DNA of 24,452 bases. Source: Acidobacteriota bacterium (GTDB lineage Bacteria > Acidobacteriota > Thermoanaerobaculia > Gp7-AA8). The position numbers were made by a program, and so were the translations under genes. The notes below the pieces were generated by a model, which did no database searches, was not told the origin of the DNA, and was given only the letters and a program-made list of their open reading frames with translations. Of this stretch, positions 7,961 through 14,760 are shown piece after piece; position 1 is the first letter of the stretch; each line of letters starts with the position of its first letter. The stretch spans positions 1 through 24,452 of the forward strand of contig JAXDJK010000597.1 of the NCBI GenBank assembly GCA_034665665.1. The letters are read 5' to 3'.

Positions 7961-9214
7961 TCAGCGCATGGTGAGCATCTTCAGGCTGCCGTCGTTGGTG
8001 CGGTTGTCGGTCGTAGCCGTATAGAAGGTTGCGGATCCGCCGCTCGTGATCTGGATGCGGGCCAGACCGCCGGCGGACGGCGTGACGCCGGCGAGGAACG
8101 CGCTCAGCGGGATCTGCTCGAAGTAATTGGCGGGGACCGTCCGCTCGGTTGTTTTACCCACCAGCGCACCGGTGGCGGTGTAGACCGTAACCAGGAACGT
8201 CGTGGACTCGCCGAGGGTGCGGATGCCCACGTTGACGCGGTAGTTCGTCAGATCGGCCGGGATCGTAAAGTCGGCGTATGCACCGCTCTGGATCGCCTCG
8301 TAGGATGTGACCACCTCTTCCGTGAACCCGGATGTCCCGGCGCTGCCGCCGTCGTCATAGACGCGCGTGGTGATCACGGGCGTGAAGCCGGTGGTCAGCA
8401 CGTCGATCGAGCCGAGGCCGGTCTGTCCCAGGGTGGCCACGATATCGGTGTAGGTCCGGCTTTCGTTCCCCACGAGGAGCGTGTTCCTTCTCGCATCGCC
8501 GGGCTCGGCGCTCCGGCCGGCGGGGTGAAAGACGAGCGCCACGCCCATCCCGAACGGGCTGGGGTTGGTGATCGTCACCTCGGTTCGGAAGAAGGAACCG
8601 AAGGCGCCGGGAGCGGAGCCAGCGGCGGGGATGACGCCGACCTGGCGGAACGCACCCGTGTGCGCGGCGGCGTTCAAGCGGAAGCCGGTACGGACGATGG
8701 TGTTGCTCGCGCTCAGCGCGCCGCCGTTGAAGTCAGCGCTCGTCTCGTAGAGGATGTCGTCGGGGCGGCCGGTCACGACGCCGGCACCACCGCAACCAGG
8801 CTTCATCTGTGTCACCGCCAGAACGTCGCCGCGCTTGACCGTGATGGCGGGAAACGACAGCCGGATGACATTGTTGTCCGGGAACACGCCGGGCGGTGCC
8901 GGGTTGGCCGAGGTAAACGGCCCGGCTGTGCCGACCAGTTCGAGCGCGCCCAGCGGCCCGCCAGCGCCGGGGCGGAAGAAGCGAAACTTGATTTGATCGC
9001 TGCATTGCGCATTGCTGATCCAGCGAAGCGTGACGTCCGTGACCGTTCCGTCCATGGTCACCGGCCGGGTGAAGTCGATGTACGTGAGCGGCCCGGAGGG
9101 AACTGCTTCACCGGGTTGCCAGATGAGATCTCCCGCCGTCGTCTGCGCGGCGAGCGGTGTGGAGGCGAGTGTGAGCAGCAAGAGCACACCGATAGCGGCG
9201 TAGCGTCGAGTCAT
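7961..9214 (-). CDS. Secreted hypothetical protein: N-terminal unknown beta domain plus a C-terminal domain paralogous to 5699-6628
   Basis: Strong RBS AGGAG before ATG 9214. Signal peptide MTRRYAAIGVLLLLTLASTPLAA. Motifs IPAAGSAPGAFGSFFRTEVTITN, NYRVNVG and DNRTND. Confidence 0.85.
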   Translation of the reverse strand: MTRRYAAIGVLLLLTLASTPLAAQTTAGDLIWQPGEAVPSGPLTYIDFTRPVTMDGTVTDVTLRWISNAQCSDQIKFRFFRPGAGGPLGALELVGTAGPFTSANPAPPGVFPDNNVIRLSFPAITVKRGDVLAVTQMKPGCGGAGVVTGRPDDILYETSADFNGGALSASNTIVRTGFRLNAAAHTGAFRQVGVIPAAGSAPGAFGSFFRTEVTITNPSPFGMGVALVFHPAGRSAEPGDARRNTLLVGNESRTYTDIVATLGQTGLGSIDVLTTGFTPVITTRVYDDGGSAGTSGFTEEVVTSYEAIQSGAYADFTIPADLTNYRVNVGIRTLGESTTFLVTVYTATGALVGKTTERTVPANYFEQIPLSAFLAGVTPSAGGLARIQITSGGSATFYTATTDNRTNDGSLKMLTMR

Positions 9215-9371
9215 GATTGTGTCTCCTGAGTGTCGAGAGATTGTGTTGCGCGGATGGTCGTGGGACGCGCGATGATGCGGTGACACCGTTTGCATGCGCG
9301 ACGAGAGGGAGTCGGCTGCGAGCAGGGTTCGTGACGCATTCGCTCTCGCTCGTCGGCTCCTCACGCTCGGA

Positions 9372-9435
9372 GAATTGTGACTGCGGCATCTCGCTCGGAG
9401 TACGGCTTTGTGATCACGTTGTGACCAGTTGGACG
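9372..9435 (-). promoter_or_regulatory. Conserved promoter/operator cassette, copy B, facing the 7961-9214 gene
   Basis: The reverse complement aligns ungapped to 4449-4512 (47/64). On the + strand, TTGTGA occurs at 9419, 9408 and 9375 (offsets 11 and 33, in phase). Confidence 0.7.
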
Positions 9436-9543
9436 GTCGACTCGACTGACGTTTCGACGGTGCACGAGACGTCTTGAACGATCCTTCGCCATGCACTGCG
9501 CTCCGGGATCCGCGGCCGAGACGGCCGCTCCATTCCGGCCGCC

Positions 9544-9597
9544 GTCACCAAAGGGTCACCATACCGTCAGGAGTTTTCGGGGGGTGCGCTCTAGCCT
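9544..9597 (+). promoter_or_regulatory. Three 11-bp-period direct repeats (GTCACC, GTCACC, GTCAGG) followed by a -10-like TAGCCT
   Basis: GTCA starts at 9544, 9555 and 9566. TAGCCT lies at 9592-9597, upstream of RBS AAGGAGG (9613-9619). The arrangement resembles OmpR/PhoB-type tandem boxes. Confidence 0.5.
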
Positions 9598-9624
9598 CGT
9601 CTGCAGTCAGGCAAGGAGGCAGTG

Positions 9625-12600
9625 ATGCACAGGCGTGTTCGAGGTGTGCTCAGCGTAGGGCTGATGCTGGTGTGTTCGTTCGTGGGCGCGCAGGAGAAGC
9701 GCGGCGACGGTTCGGTCTACGACAAGTACCCGCTGGTGAAACCGATCGCGGGGGAGGAGACGGAGGACTTCGAGAGGACGGCGGAGTTGTACAAGGAGAT
9801 GTTCTCCGAGGAGGGGGGCAAGCTGCGGGTGCAGGCTTATGGCGAGCTGACGGCGATGCGCCGGGCCCGCGGCCTGCGCCATCGTTCGGCGGGGAGCGGC
9901 TTCGACTTCGCGCGGCGGATGAAGCCTGATGCGCCGAACGAGACCGGGCCGAACGGCTGCGCGTGGGTCAGTGCCGGCCCGACCAACATCAACGGCCGGG
10001 TCACCTCCATCACCGTCGATCCCACGGACGGCAACAAGATCTACGCGACCACTGTGGGCGGCATCTGGCGCTCGCTCGACGCGGGGCGGCGCTGGCAGCG
10101 CGTCTCGGATGAATTTCTCTCCACCGTGTTCAGTTCCGTGGCTGTCAATCCGTCCACGCCGAGCGAGGTCCTGGCGGGTGGCGGAGACTCGAGCTATCAG
10201 AACAGCTACCGCGGCGGCATCGGCATCTGGCGCTCGAACAGCTTCGGCGCGCCGGGGACGTGGACCAAGGTCAGCACCCCGGACTTCGACAACAAGGTCA
10301 TCTACCGCATCCGCATCGACCCGGCCGCGCCGAACGACATCTACGTCGCGTCCACGCACGGGGTGTGGCTGGGCGTCCACAACGGCGGCAACATCACCTT
10401 CTCGCAAATCGGGAGCTTCAATGCCGACACGAGCGACCTGGTGGTCGACTTCTCCGCGATGCCGCGCAAGGTCTACGCGGGCGTGCGCGGCGGCAGCGTC
10501 AACTTCGCCAAAGGCATCTGGAAGTGGAACGGTTCGGCCTGGGCGAAGAAGGACGGCGGCATCCCGACCAACACCATCCAACTGGTCGCGCTGGCACTGG
10601 CCAAGTCGAGCCCCGCGACGCTGTATGCGCGCATGGTGGCCTCCGACGGCCAGCAGCAGGGCATCTACAAAACGACGGTGGCGGGCGAGGGGGCCAACGC
10701 ATGGTCCCTCCTGTCGAACGCGTCGATCGTCAATGACTCCGGCAGCGCCGCGTTCTGGTACTCCTGGTACAACAACGTCATCGAGGTCGACCCGACGGAC
10801 GCGAGCCGCGTCTACGCGGCCGGCCTCAATACCTTCCGCAGCGTCAACGGAGGCATGGACTGGGCGCAGATCTCGGCCGGCGCCGATCCCGATTATCCGT
10901 ACTGGACCCACGGCGACCATCACGCCTTCGCTTTCGATCCCGTCAATCCGAAGATCGTCTATGCCGGTAATGACGGCGGCATCGATAAATCGACCGATAT
11001 CTCCAAGCCCGTGTGGCACTGGCGCGACTCCTCGCACGGCATGGTCATGACCGAGTTCTATTACACGACCTCCAGCCACGAACATCCGACGCTGCTGGCC
11101 GACGGGTCGCAGGACAATGGCACGGATATCACGTTCGGCAACCGTACCTGGTACAACCCGGGCGGCTGCGACGGGTTCAATGTCGGTTCCGATGCGAAGA
11201 ATCCGGACACGCTTTATGCGAACTGCAATCACGGCGTGTACGAGATCGCCAACCCGGTTCCCGGTACCATCGGCGGGCAGGCGCAGATTGCCTGGGTCAG
11301 TCCCGTGCCGGTGCGCGAGCCGGCCATTACGGACCGCCTCTATGCCGGCGGTGCGCTCGCAGGCGGCGGCGATCTGTGCGGCAAGCACACCGTGCTCAAG
11401 ACCACCGACGGGGTAAATTGGGCTGCCACGAACACGAATTTTCCGCTCGGCGGGAAGGTCCGCGTCCTGGCCAGCGCCTCGGTGGCTACGTTCAAGACGT
11501 ACATGGCCGCCGTCGCCTACAACCCGCCGACACAGGTCGATTGCCCCGGTTTCCAGAGCGCGTTTTTCACCCCGACCGTCTATCGCACAGACGATGGCGG
11601 CGCGAGCTGGACAGCCAATGCCACCGGTCTGCCCGGGTCCATACCGGCGTCGATCGTCTTCGATCCGGCCGACAAGTTCCGCGTCTACATCTCCTACGGC
11701 AGCAGCGGTCTTTACATGACCACGAACGGTACGAATTACTACCCGATCGCCGGCAGCGGGCCGACAGGCCTGCCGCCGTCGGCGCAGGTGCGGGAAGTGG
11801 CCGTGGACCCGGCAGATGCGAACGTGATCTATGCCGCCACGGGCGTCGGTGTGTTCCGCGGCGTCATTACGCCCGGCGCGCCGCCGTCGGCGGTCTGGAC
11901 GCCGTTCGATGAAGGGATGCCGGACGGCACGATGATCAACGGCGTCTGGACCGATCCGAAGACCGGCAGCCTGTACGCCGGCACGTTCGGCCATGGCATG
12001 TACCGGCGCGACATCCGTCCGGAGGCCGCCTGCAAGGCGCGGATGCTGGTGGTGCGCGACAACGTCTATGACGACGGCGACGAGCCTTCGCCGTTCGGCA
12101 TCCCCGATGCCGAGCATCCGATCCCCGATCCGGTGCGGCCGCAGTTCTACAAGCCGGACGACACGGCCGGCGGCCGGACGTATTGGTGGACGTCGGGCGA
12201 CATCCGCGTGGATGTGCCTTCGGCGGCGCCGCTCAAGAATGCGATCGCCAGCGCGGATCACCTCGAGTTCGAGGTCTGTCCGACGGCCATTGCGGATTGT
12301 CCGGCCGGCACGATGGTGGATTCCGCGCCGCAGTCGGGGAAGATCGCCCGCGTCTACGTGCAGGTGCAGAACCGCGGCGTGGAGACGGTGGCGAACACGC
12401 GCGTGCTGGCGGTGTGGGCGCCGCTGTCGGCGGGTCTGCCGCCACTGCCTCCGTCGTTCTGGTCGACGACGTTCCCGGCCAACGGGCCGTGCGGCGCGCT
12501 CGATCCGAGCACGGGCTGGCAGCTCGTGGATCCCGTGAATCCCTGCCGGAACATCGCCGCCATCAATCCGGAGATCCCGGAGCTGGCGCGCTTCGACTGG

Positions 12601-13176
12601 AGTGTGCCTTTCGGCGTCGACGGCCACGCGTGCATCCTGACGGTGGTGGAGTCGCCGGAGGACCCGCTCGACCCGAAGATCCGGGCGCAGAACCTGGTCA
12701 AGCCGGAGGACTTTGTTCCGATCTCCCGCCACATCGCGCAGCGCAACTTGACAGTGAAGAGCTTCAAGCTCAAGTGGATCCCGATCCTCTTCCCGATCCA
12801 GATCATTAATCCGCCAGAGGAGCGGGGCTTCGAGCTGGTGCTGTCCAAGCCCGACCTGCGCGAGAACGTCCTGTTCGCGCTGCCGAAAGGGATGGCCGCG
12901 AAGGCCACGTTCGGTGCGGCGCGGCCGACGCGGATCGAAGATCCGGAGATGGCTCGCCAGGTCGAGGCCATGGGTCTCGATCCGAATAACGCCTGGGACT
13001 TCAGCGGCGATGAAGCAGGCCTGTTCGTGGAGATGCGTCCCGGCGAGCGCGCCACCATCGCCGTGATCGGCACCCCCGGCGCCGAAGGCACGTCGTCCCG
13101 TTTCTCCGTGGTCCAGCGCATCGGCCGCAAGGTCCTCGGCGGCAACGTGTATCTCTTCCGTCCCGAACCACAGTAA
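9625..13176 (+). CDS. Large secreted Asp-box/BNR beta-propeller protein (GH74/sialidase/Vps10-like fold) with a C-terminal beta-sandwich module
   Basis: RBS AAGGAGG and signal peptide. Motifs WVSAGPTNINGRVTSITVDP; Asp-box-like WRSLDAGRRW, FRSVNGGMDW, KTTDGVNW and YRTDDGGASW; HGDHHAFAFDP, AGNDGGI, GSQDNG and LYAGTFGHGMY. C-terminal RDNVYDDGDEP...VYVQVQNRG...GHACIL...AQRNL. Confidence 0.88.
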   Translation: MHRRVRGVLSVGLMLVCSFVGAQEKRGDGSVYDKYPLVKPIAGEETEDFERTAELYKEMFSEEGGKLRVQAYGELTAMRRARGLRHRSAGSGFDFARRMKPDAPNETGPNGCAWVSAGPTNINGRVTSITVDPTDGNKIYATTVGGIWRSLDAGRRWQRVSDEFLSTVFSSVAVNPSTPSEVLAGGGDSSYQNSYRGGIGIWRSNSFGAPGTWTKVSTPDFDNKVIYRIRIDPAAPNDIYVASTHGVWLGVHNGGNITFSQIGSFNADTSDLVVDFSAMPRKVYAGVRGGSVNFAKGIWKWNGSAWAKKDGGIPTNTIQLVALALAKSSPATLYARMVASDGQQQGIYKTTVAGEGANAWSLLSNASIVNDSGSAAFWYSWYNNVIEVDPTDASRVYAAGLNTFRSVNGGMDWAQISAGADPDYPYWTHGDHHAFAFDPVNPKIVYAGNDGGIDKSTDISKPVWHWRDSSHGMVMTEFYYTTSSHEHPTLLADGSQDNGTDITFGNRTWYNPGGCDGFNVGSDAKNPDTLYANCNHGVYEIANPVPGTIGGQAQIAWVSPVPVREPAITDRLYAGGALAGGGDLCGKHTVLKTTDGVNWAATNTNFPLGGKVRVLASASVATFKTYMAAVAYNPPTQVDCPGFQSAFFTPTVYRTDDGGASWTANATGLPGSIPASIVFDPADKFRVYISYGSSGLYMTTNGTNYYPIAGSGPTGLPPSAQVREVAVDPADANVIYAATGVGVFRGVITPGAPPSAVWTPFDEGMPDGTMINGVWTDPKTGSLYAGTFGHGMYRRDIRPEAACKARMLVVRDNVYDDGDEPSPFGIPDAEHPIPDPVRPQFYKPDDTAGGRTYWWTSGDIRVDVPSAAPLKNAIASADHLEFEVCPTAIADCPAGTMVDSAPQSGKIARVYVQVQNRGVETVANTRVLAVWAPLSAGLPPLPPSFWSTTFPANGPCGALDPSTGWQLVDPVNPCRNIAAINPEIPELARFDWSVPFGVDGHACILTVVESPEDPLDPKIRAQNLVKPEDFVPISRHIAQRNLTVKSFKLKWIPILFPIQIINPPEERGFELVLSKPDLRENVLFALPKGMAAKATFGAARPTRIEDPEMARQVEAMGLDPNNAWDFSGDEAGLFVEMRPGERATIAVIGTPGAEGTSSRFSVVQRIGRKVLGGNVYLFRPEPQ

Positions 13177-13260
13177 TGTGTTGGTTTGGAGGCCCTTCTG
13201 TGACTTCTGCCGTCCGGAGCGGAACTACATTCCTCGCATTGAATTAAGGAGGAGCCCGCC

Positions 13261-13485
13261 ATGTCATTGCGTTACACGGAGCTCGGTGTTCATCTCTCCC
13301 GCGAAGCATGTGGTCCCGCAACGAAAGATTTCTGCCCCACGGCCTCGGCCAGCATCCTCATCCACGCCTGCGGACAGGTGACGGCGTTCTGCCCGACCCT
13401 GTCGGCATCAGGCATGCCGCACAAGGCCACGGAAATCGACTTCGAGCCAGTCCGCGCGCAGCTGCGCGAGGCCCTCGGCCATTAA
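13261..13485 (+). CDS. 74-aa small protein with two Cys-containing internal repeats and an amphipathic C-terminal helix (RiPP-precursor-like or metal-binding)
   Basis: Strong RBS AAGGAGG at 13246-13252. Repeats ACGPATKDFCPTASAS and ACGQVTAFCPTLSAS. A perfect 12-bp hairpin lies immediately downstream of the stop. Confidence 0.75.
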   Translation: MSLRYTELGVHLSREACGPATKDFCPTASASILIHACGQVTAFCPTLSASGMPHKATEIDFEPVRAQLREALGH

Positions 13486-13496
13486 CCCGGATCCCC

Positions 13497-13524
13497 GCGG
13501 GCGCGTTCTCCGGAACGCGCCCGC
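13497..13524 (+). terminator. Perfect 12-bp GC-rich hairpin (putative terminator or mRNA-stabilising stem)
   Basis: GCGGGCGCGTTC-TCCG-GAACGCGCCCGC, 11 nt after the small ORF stop. Only a weak U-tract (ATTCT) follows. Confidence 0.55.
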
Positions 13525-13574
13525 ATTCTGAACGCGTTCGGCGTGCGTCACACCGGCAGCGCCTGTGGCTGTAC

Positions 13575-13613
13575 AAGAGCGGCGGGAAAGCGCCGCACTC
13601 CAAACGCTTCGCG
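13575..13613. repeat. REP-like imperfect palindromic element (AGCGGCG-GGAAAG-CGCCGCACTCCAAA)
   Basis: Stem GCGGCG (13579-13584) / CGCCGC (13591-13596) with a flanking ACTCCAAA tail. It resembles extragenic palindromes I recall from GC-rich soil bacteria (not verified). Single copy in the window. Confidence 0.45.
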
Positions 13614-13779
13614 TAGACTGCCGCGCTCGTTCGCACCAGGCTCGATGCTGCGGGCACGTTTGGCGCGACGCTCTGGCAGCACGGGTGTGTTCCAGGCGAG
13701 GCTCCGCAGCCCCGCGCTCCATGGCTGGCGTCCGCACGCGTCAGCGTGAGTCGAGTGCCCGAGCGACCCGCCGAAGCGT

Positions 13780-13964
13780 GATCCATGGATCTCGCCGGGA
13801 TGCATTCATCCCCAGAGGCTGACATCCATGGATGGCGACATTTGGAGTTTGGATGCACCAAGAGCCCATCCATGGATGCGATTCTGGATCGTTCCATCCC
13901 GACTCTGTGCCATCCATGGACGGCGCTTGCGCAGGTTCATCGCACATCGCGCCAGCCATGGATG
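13780..13964. repeat. Array of five 12-bp palindromes (consensus CATCCATGGATG) at a 42-44 bp period
   Basis: Units start at 13780 (GATCCATGGATC), 13823 (CATCCATGGATG), 13867 (CATCCATGGATG), 13911 (CATCCATGGACG) and 13953 (CAGCCATGGATG). Spacers are 31, 32, 32 and 30 nt. A degenerate sixth copy lies near 13718-13730. Confidence 0.85.
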
Positions 13965-14006
13965 TTGCCGGCGGCAGCGGCGCGCGCGGAGCGCACGACG
14001 GCGGCG

Positions 14007-14012
14007 TATCAT
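14007..14012 (+). promoter_or_regulatory. -10 element TATCAT, probable leaderless promoter
   Basis: TAnnnT hexamer 7 nt upstream of ATG 14020. No Shine-Dalgarno sequence. Confidence 0.4.
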
Positions 14013-14019
14013 CTGCGGC

Positions 14020-14760
14020 ATGGCCGATCTCGCCACGTTCAGCCTCGCGGATGTCGTTCGGTGCAGCTCGGAGCTGCGGGTATCGTCCGCTGGTGCCGCG
14101 TCCATGGAGGAGGCGGCGGTGCGGGTGGTCGGGCGGCTCTATGACACGCTCCTCGACGCCGCGACGGGCGAACGGGCCGTTGCGCTGATCCGGCTGTTCA
14201 AAACGCATCCGTACGGCGCGCTCGAGCCGGAGCAGCGCGTGTTCGCGGACCGGCTGCTCGGCGACCACCAGCCGGCGCCGTCGATGCGCTGCCTGACCCT
14301 GCTGGCTACACGCGGACAGGAACCGGAGTGGAACGACCGGCACGGCTCGCGCGGCCACGCGGCCATTCCGCTGCCGAGCGAGAAGATCGTCCAGAACGCG
14401 CCGATGATCTCGCAGCTCATCGCGCAGCTCGGCGTCGACATCTCGGCGCTGCTCCGTCCGGAGCCGAACGTCATCGTCGATCTGGCCCAGAAGAGCTACA
14501 ACGTCTTCCACGTGCCGGAGGCGAAGGGGAGTCCGTACATCCCCGCGCAGGATGACTTCGTGATTCCGTTCGGCATCCGTTCGGTCCTCGGGTTCGGCGG
14601 GATGCTCCCCTCGGGGAACCTGTTCGCCACGATCCTGTTCACGAAGACCGCGGTGCCGCGGGAGACGGCCGACCTCTTCGCGAACGTTGCATTGGCGGTC
14701 AAGCTGGCCATCCTGCCGTTCGACGGCGGTGCCACCTTTGCAGACACAGCCAAGGCGTGA
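14020..14760 (+). CDS. Conserved uncharacterised stand-alone sensor-like (probably GAF-related) protein
   Basis: Motifs [60 protein letters not shown] and [18 protein letters not shown] resemble a domain I recall fused to or upstream of histidine kinases. Translationally coupled (GTGA) to the downstream kinase. Confidence 0.8.
   Translation: MADLATFSLADVVRCSSELRVSSAGAASMEEAAVRVVGRLYDTLLDAATGERAVALIRLFKTHPYGALEPEQRVFADRLLGDHQPAPSMRCLTLLATRGQEPEWNDRHGSRGHAAIPLPSEKIVQNAPMISQLIAQLGVDISALLRPEPNVIVDLAQKSYNVFHVPEAKGSPYIPAQDDFVIPFGIRSVLGFGGMLPSGNLFATILFTKTAVPRETADLFANVALAVKLAILPFDGGATFADTAKA

Noticed and set aside
9215-9365. Riboswitch in the ~150-nt leader of the 7961-9214 gene
   Set aside because: Only short stems and an ACACAATC direct repeat (GATTGTGT at 9215 and 9239 on +). 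No recognisable riboswitch consensus; would need an Infernal/Rfam search.
9607-12732. 1041-aa antisense ORF
   Set aside because: A shadow of the propeller gene caused by high GC3, with no recognisable motifs. The same applies to 1326-2630, 6282-8024, 7802-9229, 15207-16541, 17044-18627, 18587-20323 and 20739-23264.
13780-13964. Calling the palindrome array a CRISPR array
   Set aside because: The repeat is only 12 bp, there are no cas genes or AT-rich leader, and the spacers share GGATG/CATCC fragments. Kept as an unclassified repeat.
13358-14144. ORFs across the palindromic intergenic region (e.g. 13358-13897, 13785-14144, and the 13828 extension)
   Set aside because: Repeated HPWM/SMD words come from the DNA palindrome and change frame between units. 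No RBS and no family motifs.
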